Positions 21,391-34,951 are shown, counted from the first letter of the whole stretch. The stretch: 63,750 nt of DNA, filler included, from Perkinsus chesapeaki ATCC PRA-425 (GCA_013115145.1; 8 parts of 8 records of this genome joined end to end with filler, not necessarily neighbours in it), one strand, 5' to 3'. Numbers and translations: made by a program. The notes: generated from the letters alone by a model not told the origin.

Positions 21391-24300
21391 ATGTCGAACG
21401 ACGTAAGCGAGGGTTCACGGCAGGTTGCCGATTCTGGGCCCCGACGAGTAGATGCTGGCAACCTATGCATACCGGTATTGGAAGGATACCGACAGCAGCA
21501 GCAGGAGGATGAGGGTCGCCAGTATTACGACCAGAGCGCTGTCTTCAGTGACCAGTGTAGCAGCGAGCCCATGGCGGGCGATGACGAGGTACGGTGGAGG
21601 GGTCGGGGGCGATTGGGGATGGTACTGGTAGATATCCGAGATCTTGTCGACAATGGAGGTAACTGATGCATCGGATCCGGTGGCGGTGAGGCGGGTATTC
21701 CGTAAAATTAGGAAACAGCTTAAACGGGATGCGAGGATGCAGAGAGAAGTAATGTCGAGGGGGGGGAAGGGAGGATGTGCCTTCCAGTTGCAGAATACAG
21801 AGGATGAGCTGCGATCGGCCAATGCTGATATGGATGCCATGAGGAATGATATAGCGTAATGGAGATGGGGCGGGCGGGGGGGAATAGTGTGGACTCACTG
21901 AGGGAGGGCCGCAACGCTTAGGCCTTTTGGGGGAAATGACGTCGAAGTAGTTGAGAGGATTGATAGTCAGAGTAGTAATAATATTAATAGTGAGGAGTAA
22001 TATGATAAGCGGAAAGTATTGTTTGTCATTGATGAGTGGGTATCTGACATGAGCTTCTTTCCCGATTTAGCTTCAGTCGTTCCTAGCAGACTTCTAGTTT
22101 GCTCAGTACTAGGGAGCTTTCTCCGTTTATTCGGTTAGACTTTTCTGTGTTGTTAAGGTACCTTCAGGAAGATCTGGATCAGAAATTAGCCTTGGAGAAG
22201 AAGTTGCTGTCGGAAAGGAATGGGTCAAAGCAGAAGGAGGCTGAGATGATGAAGCTTGTTAAGAAAGTGTAGGCGTCTGGGGTAGGTAGGCTTGATGGAG
22301 CCTTTCACTAATAGATACGGTGACGACCCTGCTGAGGTGTATAATTCTCTCTTGAACACCAACGAGGAGCTGCAGAATGAGATGGATGCTGTTATCGATG
22401 TAATGGCTGTTATCGGGTGGAGGCTCTGGGAGGATCCTTGGTTGTTGGGCATGAAACGCCGCCCGGGTCGATAAATCTTAATGGATATCCCATCATAGTG
22501 AATATCTTTGGTATATACGCCAAATGTAGAACAGTGTTAGAGGATCTTGAAGAAGCCCTTTACTCTCGTACGCATCCCGCACTTGGAATGGATTCAATAA
22601 CATCTACAACTCTGAGGGGCTAAGAATCGCTTCTCTGGAAAAGGATGGTCACAAGAACAGCTCCGTAATATGTGTTATATAACGCCATGGCGCGTTTCGG
22701 CATGGGGTTCGTGATGCTCCTTATAACACTTCATTGTAGCTGTGCTGACAGCGGAGACTAACTGTTGGGCATTTTTCCGGCGGGTTTCACACTGCGATTG
22801 GCACTATGTTGGTAGGAGAGGAATGATCTGAGTCAGCAAGTAGATAAGTTGCAGCAGCAGTTGGATGATCTTCGTAGTGAAGCTCAGCAAAAGGCTGCGG
22901 GGAACAGCGGTGATGACCAAAAGGAAGACTCTGGTAGGGTTGGATCGGCGGATCTGAGGGGCATGTGTGCATCAAGGTGCAAAGAGCGACCCACGTATGA
23001 GTGAATTACTTGCGGAAAAGAAGCAGCTTGAAACAGAGAATGCAGATCTTAAGGAAGAGCTCCAGAAGAGGAGAGACGCGGACGGCGGCGGATCACCGGA
23101 GGGGCCGAATGGTAGTGGCAATGACGCTTAATGGCCCCACTGCACAAGTTAGGTGTGATCCAGACGCTGGCTCAAGAGAACGTTGAGTTGAAACAGCAGA
23201 TAAAGAGCAGGTGAGGGAGTTGCGTTATGTTGGCCTGTCTACTGCTGTCGTCTTAGGGAGGTGGAGCTTGCTGGGCTGAGAGCTGATCTCAAGGATCTCC
23301 AGGAGGAGAGGGACGGCGCATCGCCACAGCAGGTTACCGAAGTTACGGAAATCAGCGGCTCTCTGAAGCATTGGTTCAGGTTAATGAGGAGGTCGAGGAG
23401 CTGAGGAAGGAGCTAAGGGAGCTGCAGCATCAGCATGATGAACTTTGGACGCATCTTAATAAGGTAGGGCGGCTGCTGCTGCAGTGAGTGAGTGTGGCAA
23501 GGTGTGTTGGCTTAGGCGTTGGAGGAGAAGTGGAATATGGAGGAACAGCTGCGATCTCTTGGAGGCCAGCATGCGGCTTTCAGCGATTCCCAGGTGAGTT
23601 GTGTTGGGCAATCCCTCAGTTTAATACAGCCTTCTTTTGGCGATCGCGGTATCTGTGAACACCGTGTGATGAAGTGTGGTTGAGTGCACCATTTAGGAAC
23701 CCAAGGCTGATGGTACCTCGGCCACGGACGGAACGCTCCATGATCTTGAGCCTCGATCAATAGCGTCGACTAACCATGAGATGCCGGACTCGAGGACGTC
23801 CACACAGAGTAACTCTGTAAAGGAGGGAGATCGCCAATTGGATGTACCTGCGGTGGCCGGTGTGGTCACTCCTACCACAGTCCATAGCCCTACGGTGGAG
23901 GCAGCTAAGGACACTGACGCGGCAGCACAATCAGGTGGGAAGGTCGGCCTGTGGATGACGTCACTGAACCTGATGCTTTTTAGATTCCAGCTCGGCGATG
24001 GCAAAATCGATATTGTGATTGTAGCATTAACTCCTTCAGACTGTATTTCCATATACTTTTTTATATTCCCTATTGGGCATTGTGTGTTGCACTGTTTAGC
24101 TTGTTTATCCTTCTTGTGGGTATTTTCTGTCACCATCAGCGCTTGTGTTCAGTGCGTGTCATATTACCCTGGCCTTCGGTGACGTACTGTAGGGGCGTGG
24201 CCGCTCAGGTTTCGGTGAGCGGCTGATGATTGTGGAATTTTCAAAGTGGAAACCATTTCTGCCCTGCACAATACTTCAATCACGTTACTGAAGATGCTGC

Positions 24301-25868
24301 CAGTACGGTATTCAATAATGCAGCCATTCTCTGTAATAGGATTATATAAACCGCTTTTGCCCTTTTTAATGATGCCCGGGGCCACCGTCGACTACCGGCG
24401 GGCGCGCACGTCAGACTGTCTGTCACGGTTCATGTACGCCAATAGCTCAGCACCAATAGATGCCTTCAACTCAGAGGTAAGCCCATCCCAGCCACTGTGG
24501 GGTATGACGAGCTTTAAAGGTTCGAAGCCACGAAACGTCCTTACGAGATAAGCGGAGGTCCATGGAGCCTCTGAGGAGCCGGCGAGTAACGATGGATGCT
24601 CGACGTCGGGCATCTTATGGTAAGCGATGAGATGTGCTGTGGTCACCTACCTCTGGACCTGATCTACGGAGGGACCGTCCCTGCTAGGAGTGTCCGTGGC
24701 TGGTGCAGCATAGCGACTGACTACCCGTTTGTATTGCTACTCGAGATCATCGCGTAAAACCTGCTCGGTGGTCCTCTCAGGCCCCACCACCATACAGTTG
24801 GAAAATAGTAGTGTGTCGGCTACCCAAGAGATGGTGGTGGAGCTAGAGGAAAGATATCGAAAGCAGATAAGGGATGCCATAGCTAGTAGAGACCAGCAAA
24901 TAAAGGTAAGACGGACGTTGTGCTATGACGGCTTAAAGGAGCGGCAGTAGGCATTGGAGGCGAGATTGCGAACTGCTGAGGCGGCAGTGGCTGAGAAAGA
25001 CTCCATGCTGTTGACACTGAGCCGTGACATCCTTGATAAAGTAGGAGATGGATGCGGATGAGCCGGTATGGTGTTTGACGGCAGGATAGACTTTTAAATT
25101 CTACAACGAAGGAGTTGGAGACGACCAAGAGGTATTTACTTACCGTAACTCAGAGATTCAACCTTCGTTTTGGTGAGATGTTGCTGATGCTGATCGACCC
25201 GTGGCCGCTTTCATGGGGGAAAGAGTTTATCAGGCGTCGATCCGTTCTCGGGCATCACTGGCTATTTTGCGCCACCTGACACACCGACCGGGTGGCCATC
25301 CTCTACAGCAGCAGAGGACCATGTAAGATTATACCCAAATAACTCCAGCACCGCCGCCGCCGCCGAGGCTTGTGCTGCAGACTGGCGGCTCAACGTGCCG
25401 CTCAGTTGTGCACAGCAGCTTGAACGACTCCGCGCCTTCTGTGGTGATCCCCGATGAATTTGATAGTGTCATCAGCGACGGGGTTATCAGTGCGGAGGAG
25501 AATCCTCATGTGCGAACTGTTATTAAAACGAAACATAGGAAGAATAAAGAGGTGGATGAGGAAGGGGAAGGCTTCGGTAGTGGATATGGCAGTCCCCGCA
25601 TGGCCTGCCCGACCGAGGCTTCCGACACCGTAATTGGTCCAAGTCCCAGCCGGCGACACCAGCATCACAGAGCACAATGCCAACACCTACAGACGCGGTA
25701 AGTGGAACTATGCCGCGTAGTGTGATTCCACTGTTCCAGATTGACGAGGCTGTAAGGAGGCTTGTGGAGGCGTTCCGTTGTAGCGGAATGGCTGTTCCTA
25801 CAGTAGAGAAGATGCCGTCAAGTCGGCAACCTGGTTGGCAGAGCTATCTGATAGGCGGTGAGCGCTAA
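21391..25868 (+). CDS. Large multi-exon coiled-coil protein(s) of unknown function (bounds approximate; may be two genes)
   Basis: Many short exons with heptad-like E/K/L/Q content (e.g. LQNTEDELRSANADMDAMRND; ELEERYRKQIRDAIASRDQQIK) separated by ~45-60 nt GT-AG introns. Confidence 0.5.
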
Positions 25869-26098
25869 GAGGGGTGAATTTCATGTGGGAATGGACGCAG
25901 GTTCGATTCGCGCTGAGTGCAAACTGGCACATAATACTGTTATAGCGAAGCTTCCCAGCGGAAGGATGGCCTCCTTGCGGGAAGTCCTCGAGACGACGAG
26001 GTGACTGTTGTACAACACTGAACCAACGTCAGCAGCATCAGCAGCAGCTTGATCTGCGTAATGCAGCTTCATGCAGTTTTCTTCCACTCCCAGCTTCT

Positions 26099-27761
26099 GT
26101 GTTCATCACAATGCTCGGGTCGGCGGCCGGCGCAAGATACCAATTCCATCTCATGCCACTGCACGACGTTCTTTCGCCGAGGCTCGCGGCAGCGGCGGCG
26201 GCCAATGCTACTCGGTCGGCATGCTGGCCTGGTAGCTGCTGTCTCAGCTCTCTGCAAAGCTCACATGCCAAAGAGAAGAAGTGCCCGATGAAGGCTGCGA
26301 GCGAGAGCGCCTATGGCCAGATGGCGGAGAGGAGCAAGTCAGACCCGTTCTTCACGTCTTGTCGAGATTGGGTATCACGTCATGTCTTACGACTGCCGGT
26401 GTCTGATATCATAAAGCTGGTCTTCTCATTTCACCAAAATGACGATCGGCAGAGTGCGCAAGAGCTGGCTCGACGGGTGCTCATTCGACAGGAAGATATC
26501 TTGGCCGAGGCGGGTGGCCGCGACCTCGCCAGATTCCTCAGCACCCTGGCCGCCTTAGGCATACGAGAGCACGAGCCTGGTATGACCGACACCTTCGAGG
26601 CGGCCATGCCTTCTCTTGTGAAGCATATCGGAGAGATGCGATCGTATCAGATAATTGCCGTTTGTGGGGCATACAAGAAAGTTGGTATCTTTAGCAACGA
26701 GCTGGCCGCTGCCCTTGCACGGCGAGCCGTAGCTCTTACTCGAGACGATAACCAAAATAGCGCCTTCCGAGCCCTACTAGGCATCATGGGCAACCTGAGC
26801 GTCAGAATCGATCGGGACAGTATTGATGGACTGGTTGAAGCTGCAGCGGAGCAGGAGCTGCAAGGAGACAAGATCTCCTTCAGACTGGCAGGGCTCTTGC
26901 AGATCTGCACGAAGCTGGGAATGGAAGATCATCGCCTCTTCTACGTCATGATGGATACCGTGGCTTCCGATGTGGACAAGTGGCCTGCAACTCCTACGAA
27001 GCCTCTGGTGGATACACTCAACCATCTTATGCTATCGTTGGTCTGTCAGCATCAACCTGCAGCTCTGGGCAACAAGCTGGCGGCTCTGAAGGAGAAACTA
27101 CTGCGAAGTGTGGTGGAGTATTTAGCAAACTCGGGTGTGGGCCCGGGAGAGCTAGATACATATTGCCAGATAAACCTCTGTGTCATCGAGCTGCACATCA
27201 GACTTGAGCGTCCATTGCTCTGGTGCGGGCTGAGCGACAGGGCCCGAGTGTTCCTCGGTGAAGTATCACAGGTAGGTGGGGAGACAGTGGCGGTGAACTG
27301 CATGTTGTTCAGCTTCGAGTTAATAACCAGTATGATGCTTTACCGACAATGTCATCTCAACAGCACTTGGTGGTCTCACGAGAGCTTTCACAGCTGGGCG
27401 TGGATCACACGCTTGAGGTGCTCCTTGCTGGTGTCGTACTTTTCCATTGCCTCTGAAGGTATCACTGCAGCAGCCCTACATGATTGATATAGTCATAGCC
27501 AATTCAAGGAAGCTATTAGAGATCGACGGACCGCGGCATTTCATCAACGGGTGAGAAGGTTCCCTTTAAGTGTTGTTTTATTTGTCTTCCATCAGGACGG
27601 AGAAGCCGACAGTGTCGACAGAACTTAAGCACCGCTTGTTAACCCACCTCGGTTACGATGTGAGGCACATTCGGTGGGACATCTGGCCGAATCAGAAGCA
27701 TTCACAGCATGCGTATCTTAGGGAGGTCCTCTATGGACCCCCAGGTCGAAATATTCCATGA
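26099..27761 (+). CDS. RAP-domain protein with helical repeats, probably organelle-targeted
   Basis: C-terminal exons SQQHLVVSRELSQLGVDHTLE ... LEIDGPRHF ... TELKHRLLTHLGYDVRHIRWDIW match the RAP (PD-(D/E)XK-like) domain. Helical-repeat N-terminal region. Confidence 0.85.
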
Positions 27762-27902
27762 CCCACAAGTTTCTGCTACCACTGTTTCCGTTTAGCACGT
27801 CGTCTAGTTGTTAATAGATGGGAAGTTGGTCGATGTCCAGACCAGTAAAGGGCGCTGATTTGGGGAGTGGATAGTTAGTACACCGTTGCAATCTGCCGAG
27901 CA

Positions 27903-29069
27903 ATGCCAAAGCGAGCTAAGGGATTGACACTTGATCAGAAGAAGGCAAAGCTTCACGAGGCTCTCATGGCGGAGCAAAGCTTCTACAACTTTAAGGAGAT
28001 TGAACAAATAGCGAAAAAGTAAGGGCATCGTTTGGGCAGCATCGCAACGCAGCACAGATGCGGAATTGTTCCCCAATCGGTGAAGGAGGTGGTCCAGCAC
28101 TTGGTGGACGGTGACAGGCTCGTTACCATGGAGAAGGTGGGGTCGCAAAATATGTAAGATTTAAGGACTTGCTACAACCTTCTTTCATTGTGCTGACAGC
28201 ACAATACTCATCACAGAGCGCACCAACAGCACAGTGCTGTTGGTGCGCTCTGTGATGAGTATTGGTATTATAGTAAGTGCCCGTTGTGATGATAGCATAG
28301 CCATTGTGAGCGATGATTGTTCCGGGCCGGAACTTTATGCCCCTCAAATCCTATCATATATTTTTGAACTAGCATGGTTTCAGTTACTGGGCGCTCCCAT
28401 CAAGCCAGAAGGCAACATTGATAGCTAAACTGGAGAAGAACAAGAGTTTGTTGAAGTCATCGGAGGATGCGTTGGAGGAGGCTAAAGCTCGAAAAGGCGA
28501 ACTTGAGAAGGAACTTGAAGCCAGTGGAATCACACAGGTCAGTCTCTACCTTAGGAAAGCTGACTTCATATGATAAGTTCCGGAATAATTTTACGACGGT
28601 CATCATCCGAATCAACCTCGGATGGTCCGAGCAAACAACAGGTCCGGGTCGGACCTGCTGTTGTCATTAGAGTAGTCGTGGGCGGCAAATAGTTGCGGAT
28701 AGCACTTTCAAATTTCACCAGGAGAAGTCTGCCGCATTGCGCAAAGAGTTCGAGGAACTGGACGGGAAGCGGCGAAAGCTGACGTCCGAACTGGAGGAGC
28801 TCGAGGCAGCTGACCCGAAAATAATAAGGAAACAGAGTAGGGCTACAGCTCCTCCCGAGGGGGTTGATATTTGGTCTGCGCCAGTTGAAGAGATGCGCCG
28901 TTCTCGGGACCTAGTGGATATCTGGACAGATAACATAAGCACCATAAGACAGTAGGCTTGAGAAGGTCGGTTATAGAAGATTCATGATAGATTCATCGCC
29001 TCGCGTGGTGGTATGAGTGAGGAGGATGTCGACAAGGAGTTTGGCATTGATCCGTCGATATTTGAATAG
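27903..29069 (+). CDS. MND1: Meiotic nuclear division protein 1
   Basis: Spliced translation KGLTLDQKK..L...FYNFKEIEQIAKKCGIVPQSVKEVVQHLVDGD.LVTMEKVGSQNIYWALPS, then coiled coil, then DPKII...WTDNISTI...DKEFGI. Confidence 0.93.
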
Positions 29070-29245
29070 CGTCTGTGTTGTGCGCGTGTAGCAGCCGTTT
29101 CTGTGCGGTTTACGCTTTGGTCACATCGTGGCCTCTTCCTGAGCATAGCCATTTTTTCTGTGGGTCACACGTTGACTACCAAAGCTTTTCAACACCATGT
29201 AAGGAGGTATTTGGCAACGGCGGTGGATATCTGCAGCTTAATGTT

Positions 29246-31353
29246 ATGTCCTATATGAGCCAAGCCCGCAGTGGTTTCTCAACCACCCAAGGGTACGATG
29301 CACATAAGCTCCAAGGTAGAGACGATACCGAGGGAGCACTAGCCAAGGTCGCTGATATGCCGCGTGCAAGGCCTCAGCAGAATGAAGAATGTCGCCATAG
29401 GTTTTGGCACTCAACGTTGATGCCATGCAAGAGCTGGAAGAGGGGTCTCTTACCTGCGCTATAACACATCTCAGAGAAGCTGAGGCTTTATCTGCTACGT
29501 TGCCTGACAGGAGCAGCCGCGCGACCACACTCAACAATATGGCTTGCTACTACAGGAAGGTCAATAAGCCTCAGATAGCCATGAAGTAACGCTGGCATTT
29601 AGTATGCTTCTGCGATGAAGTCGCAGGTGCCTGGTGCGTGCGCTGCGTTTGGAGACCGCGTCGAGCAGCTCGTCATCAGATCTCTCGGCGGCAAAAACTC
29701 ATCTCAACATTGCATCCGTTCTGAGTTGTATGAGCAAACATGAGCAAGCTCTTCGCCATGCTCAAGGAGCACTTCAACTTCTCTTGGCTCTGTAGGGCTA
29801 GGAACTGGAAGTCTGATGAGCTGGTCTTGTGGCTTTGCGGCCTTTTCAAATACGGGGCAAACGCAAAGTGGCAGTCGTTGGTCTTTCAGATGTCATAGTC
29901 CTCCAGATCGCCCACCTGGCGAGCCAGTTGATGCCGATGCTTGTGTCACCACGGCAGGAGCATTCTTGAGTGTGGGCGCAGAACTTGAACATCTTGGCAG
30001 GTTACGCCAGGCTGCAGGAAACTACCGCAGAGGAATTGAGGTAAGTGCAGACTCAGCTTTAGGACAACATAAAATTTCAGTTCGCCACCACATACCTATC
30101 GCCCGATGCCCCCGTTAGAGCCGCTCTTGCTGAGGCCCTCGAGAGCCTACTACCAAGGCGAACGACACAGAACAGTATGCAGAACTCCACCGTACCTGTG
30201 GGGTGCGTCGCTGGTACATCGAGTAGAACTAGAACGAGAGAGAATGTCTCTGTTGGCTCCTCGTCGATACGACCAGGAGATACCAGTCCTGGTATGTCGG
30301 TGCGCTCATTGAGCTGCGCGCCTGCCGAAACAGCGGATCTTCCACCTTTTGTTTGGGACGCCGCCTCTGCAGTGGCGTTACCGAAGCTAGTAGAGGATGA
30401 ACCCTTGCCGCCTTTCCTGCTCGTCGACACGGTATATGGTCCGCATGAGCTGCATGTAGCGGGAGAGCGAGCATCGCGTGCCAGTAGCCTGGTTCTGACA
30501 GACGAGGATATCCTCCAAGCAGTGATCAATATACAACGGTCCTTCCGTGAATATAGTACGCTGAAAAGGCAGGAGAATAATGCGGCTAGAGTTATACAAC
30601 AGAGGTGACCGGGCGGAGAGGAATCATGTAAAGTCTTCTTTTGGTGCAGCACATCATGGACATAGGCTTCCGCCAGTTTAGTGAGCACTAGTGGCACACA
30701 AGCCCTTCTGAAAAATCAGTCGATTTCTCTCCAGCCATAAACATACCCGATCTCAGATACAGGCACCTTGTGCGATATCGGTCGGCACAACGGCAGGATG
30801 GATGCGCCAGGAAAATTCAGGGCCGTTGGCGTGCTAAACAGGATCATCGCCAACAAACGCAGGCGTCGATCAAAGTCCAAGCAGTATGGCGAGGCATGAA
30901 GGCGCGGGGAGACGCTCTGAACATTCGTCGAGAAATTGCAGGACAGCACCGCCGTATAGCACATGAAAATTGTGATGCTTATCAAGCCGATGCTGCCCCG
31001 TCCAATGTATGACGGTGGCTTCTCTGTTCAAACAGACTTCCTCAGACTGTCCTACTGCACAGGTGCCAAGCTCGGCAGGTGCCGCCCACGTCCTCGACGC
31101 ATCCCCGAAGGCCGCAGCGGGAACGATTGGAGTTGGTGATCATTTCCTCGAGGAGCACTCCCATGATTGCGAGCCCTGTAAGCGACGCTCTATGGGTCAT
31201 CGCTTCCTACCTTGCTCAGGCATCCATTCAACTGTTCTGTTACCATTGGATGAATCACTCGATGACGGCGAGCTCTTCTTCCCCCGAGACGTTAGGGACA
31301 ATGATTACTATTCGATGGAACAGTTTGAAGTCTCTCTTGATGAGCCCTCGTGA
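29246..31353 (+). CDS. TPR- and IQ-motif-containing protein, multi-exon
   Basis: TPR-like ATTLNNMACYYRKVNKPQIAMK and AKTHLNIASVLSCMSKHEQALRHAQ. IQ motifs IQRSFREY, IQGRWRA, VQAVWRGMKAR. Confidence 0.7.
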
Positions 31354-31420
31354 AACATCCACTCTCCATTGTGTCTCGTTGTGGGTTTCAAGGGTTCCTA
31401 CAAGTAGCACGCTTCTACTT

Positions 31421-33201
31421 ATGGACGCTGACAAGCCTTTAACGGCGGACTCGCTGCCTTCCGAGACCGCGGAGAGAATTCTCGAGGGCAGCGGCGGCGA
31501 TGACGAGGCTCCTGGGGGTCCTCTAGGCTCCAATGAGTCTTCGGCATTCCTCACTGGTATCAATCTTGAAAGGCAAAGGAGAGGGTCTCAAGGGCAAGAG
31601 CGAGAAGCTCATGCCATAGAGAACAAAGGGTCTGTCCTGGCCAGCGTACCAGTTGCTGGCCCCAAAGGTATCACTTTGAGTGGATGCTGCCCCACACTGA
31701 TCCTCAGTACTGAACCTCTTCGAGCAACTCAATACTCTAGCATCGACGCTTCCAGAGAGGGTGGTGCAGCTCTTGGAGCAGCATGAGCATGACTTCATGC
31801 TAGCGTATAAAACCCACATGTAGGCTGCTGGACTTGTGAGCTGGATTCCCTCACCATTTTGTACGGGACTTTGGTCAAAAATCCAAAAATCGTTTTTGGC
31901 TTTTTTCGATATTTTCCTCAAGCTCGACTACAGATGTAGCCAGCCACGTGCACATTCTCCCACACTGCCAACACGCTTCACGTCCTTATGCGACAAGGTA
32001 TACTGTACAGAAGCAATTCCGTGAGTTGAAAGGCAAAGCCGATAAGGAGGATGAAAGGGTGCGCAGAGATAACAGAGTTCAAGAGCTCGAAAAGGAACTC
32101 AAGTGGTTCATGTCTGAGGCACTTAGACTGGATGCATTATGCAAGGACTATCGGAAGGAGGTGAGAATATCTGCTAAACTGTATTGCATATGACAAAGGA
32201 AATAGGTGGGAAAGTGGCGAAGTCGGGCAGAAACCCTGAGCGAAGATAGGAGGTACCTTGAGGATCAAATGAAGGCCTCTAAGAGACAGACTAAGGTCAG
32301 AAAAGAAACCGCCACCGTTCTCTAAAGCGATGCGGTTCAGGTGTTGAGGGCAGTTCTAGAAAGAGCTCAAGCATCAAAGTCCCATCCAGGACCGGAGCCC
32401 CCGAGCCAGATGATGCCAGGCAAGTGGAGCGCACATCGATCCTTTTTTACCAGGGGATCGGGACTACAGCTCTTCTGGACGTACCCCCTGCTCAATTAGA
32501 TATCTAACCGAGCATAACTGGACGTTGCTTTCTCAGAGCCTGGCCGCCGAGATATGGTGATCTCTCGTGACCCTCAAGATATGACAGCTGAGCGCAGCAG
32601 CGGCACCATGGCGGAGGCTGCCAGTACGGCTGCCTGACGTCACGTGCAGGTGTGTAGCTTCGCTTCGTTATCAGAGAAGGTATCACCAGAAGAGGCCGAG
32701 TATTTGACTAAAATCGGAGAGCTCGAGACGGAGCTGAGAGGTCTCAGGAGGACTCGGAAGATGCTAGAAGATGCAGTGACTGAAAGATACGCTCGGCGTT
32801 CCGAGCTAGAGGACTTCTTTCTTGCTTGCGTCGACGAGGCCCGAAAAGTAGGCCGCTCGTCTCGTACGTGTGGACGTTGGTTGATCACGCTGGCTACTTC
32901 GAGGCTGATACGCTCAGGATGCCTCAAGGCGGAAATATAGCGGTCATGGTGTCAGAAAGATGTCTCCAGTTAACGCTCGACAAGAAGCCATCGATGCTTT
33001 GGTATCGAGCGAGGAGGTGCGGCTGTCTTGTACCCGAACGCATGGCGCAGAGCCTGGTGTCAGGTGTTAGTGTTCCTGTACGAGAAAATGTTCCCACATC
33101 GAGCGTCTACGGTAACAGCAGCGGCCAAGGTCGATAACGTGGCAACCAACTCGGCGGCAGAGAAACTACTTAAGTCCACACGAGGTCGACCTGCGGCGTG
33201 A
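31421..33201 (+). CDS. Coiled-coil protein of a type seen in flagellated alveolates, multi-exon
   Basis: Exons [53 protein letters not shown] joined by short introns. Confidence 0.6.
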
Positions 33202-34777
33202 TTTTTCGTACATTTCCTGACCCTTTCGGCTTGTTCTGGCATCGACTGGTATATCGTGCGCCATGCACGCTCTTAGTTGTTTAGGTGAGACTTCCGATTG
33301 GCAAGTGGCAGCCAGCAAAGTACTCATGGAAGATGACCAGCATGCTAACCGATGATATTGTTGAGCAAATACCTGTCCTTTGCGTTCTTCGCTTGTGGTG
33401 TATCACGAAGGGTGGCTCCTTTAATGTCCGCATCGTCTAACTATCCATCATCTGCGGTGCCTAGTGGAGGGTTGAATAACCTGCCGCGCCCCGCATTGAT
33501 CCCATTGCCAGGACTGGCTGTGAAAACGACTTGCATTCTACATCAGTGAGTCAGACAGATTTTTTTCCATGTGATGACTGCTCCTGTGCGTGCAATCTTT
33601 GACCAGCTTCATCTCAGGCGCCCCAATGCATCTACGAAGCTTTTCGTAAACATTTGCGGGCACCCACTAGTGGAGGGCCCTCTTTTGCCGAGCGGTGCCC
33701 GAGCCGATGGACACCTTGTTGATAAAATGGGCATCAAAAATATGCAGGTGATCGTGCCACGTATTCGTTGAGCCAGATCGCCGTCACAACGCATCAGGTC
33801 CCAGTGGACGTGGGAAGTTTCAGGCGAGTCTTCGATCACTCGGGAAATAGTTGTGCAGCTGTCGATGTTGTCTTCACCCCATGGCTAGTGTCGAAGGCGG
33901 CCGACTGCGTGCCTGCGATCCAGAAAAGAGAGAAGGTGTGCTAAGTCTCTGAGTTGATATGACGCGGTTACGGTGGCATTGGCTTCAGATTGACGATGCA
34001 CGACAATCACTGGTTTTGGATCTCTTAGGAGTAGCTTTCAGGAATGTCCAGGGTTTTGTGAAACCTATTCGGGAAGTGCACACCAGGGGATGGAAGTAAA
34101 CCGACAGATTAACACGGGCTGGGGATCTCTGTTCAGGTTTCTGAAAGCCTCCTACAAGTTCCTCGATGAGCAGACTAATAAGCCGGTGGACTTTGAACCA
34201 GCGGATGAACAAGCTGATAATACAGGAAGTGACGAGGCAGCTCAGCGAGATGTGGTCGAAGAGGATCAAGGATCAAAGCTTATTGAAGTAAGATTCTCCC
34301 TTGGGATGGCTCTTTCCCGTTACGAAGCCCGTCCCTTATTGAAGTACACTGAGCTCCAATGCCGCGGTAGACCAGTACCAGTTTCGTCGTCCACGGGAAG
34401 CATGCGGCGTGACAGCACCTACCCATGTGCAAGGGGGGAAAACAGCACCGGGCGCGCGCGTTTTCCGCGTTTTACCGCGGACCCAAATCAAATTAAGGTC
34501 CGCGGTCAGAGTCTCCAGGGCGACCTTGAGTGTGCTGCGACAACTAAGCTGCAAACTGATTTTTGTAATGTCGAATCCTAGTCACCTCGTATATTTCGCA
34601 TTTACGAGGCCCTCAGATGGGAGTTGCATCCATATTGAAGGCTTCCGATCGACACTACCTTCGACCCTAACGTAGATATTGACTAAATCAAAAACGTACG
34701 CAAGAAAGGTCGATGGCAGTATATACGGCGAGTTTGAGTGCCAAACGAAAGGGAAGGTCCTAAACCAACAAGGAAAA

Positions 34778-34851
34778 TGGTCGATGCAGGGCTCGAACCT
34801 GCGACCCTCGCGTTATTAGCACGATGCTCTAACCGACTGAGCTAAACGACC
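34778..34851 (-). tRNA. tRNA-Ile (AAT anticodon)
   Basis: Full cloverleaf GGTCGTTTAGCTCAGTCGGTTAGAGCATCGTGCTAATAACGCGAGGGTCGCAGGTTCGAGCCCTGCATCGACCA followed by a TTTT Pol III terminator. Confidence 0.97.
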
Positions 34852-34951
34852 GCTTGTTAACAAACTGCGTGAGTCAGCGTCATCATATCGAGAATTTCTC
34901 AATCAGGTAGTCAGTGATAATTCCCAACCCTCTCGGAAAAGTCGAAATATT

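Noticed and set aside
23167-23176. CTGGCTCAAG matching the 3' end of the spliced leader
   Set aside because: Only 10 nt, inside a coding exon, with no SL RNA intron or Sm site following.
24164-24646. 161-codon minus-strand frame with a single internal TAG
   Set aside because: No recognisable domain and antisense to a plus-strand multi-exon gene; most likely a shadow frame rather than recoding.
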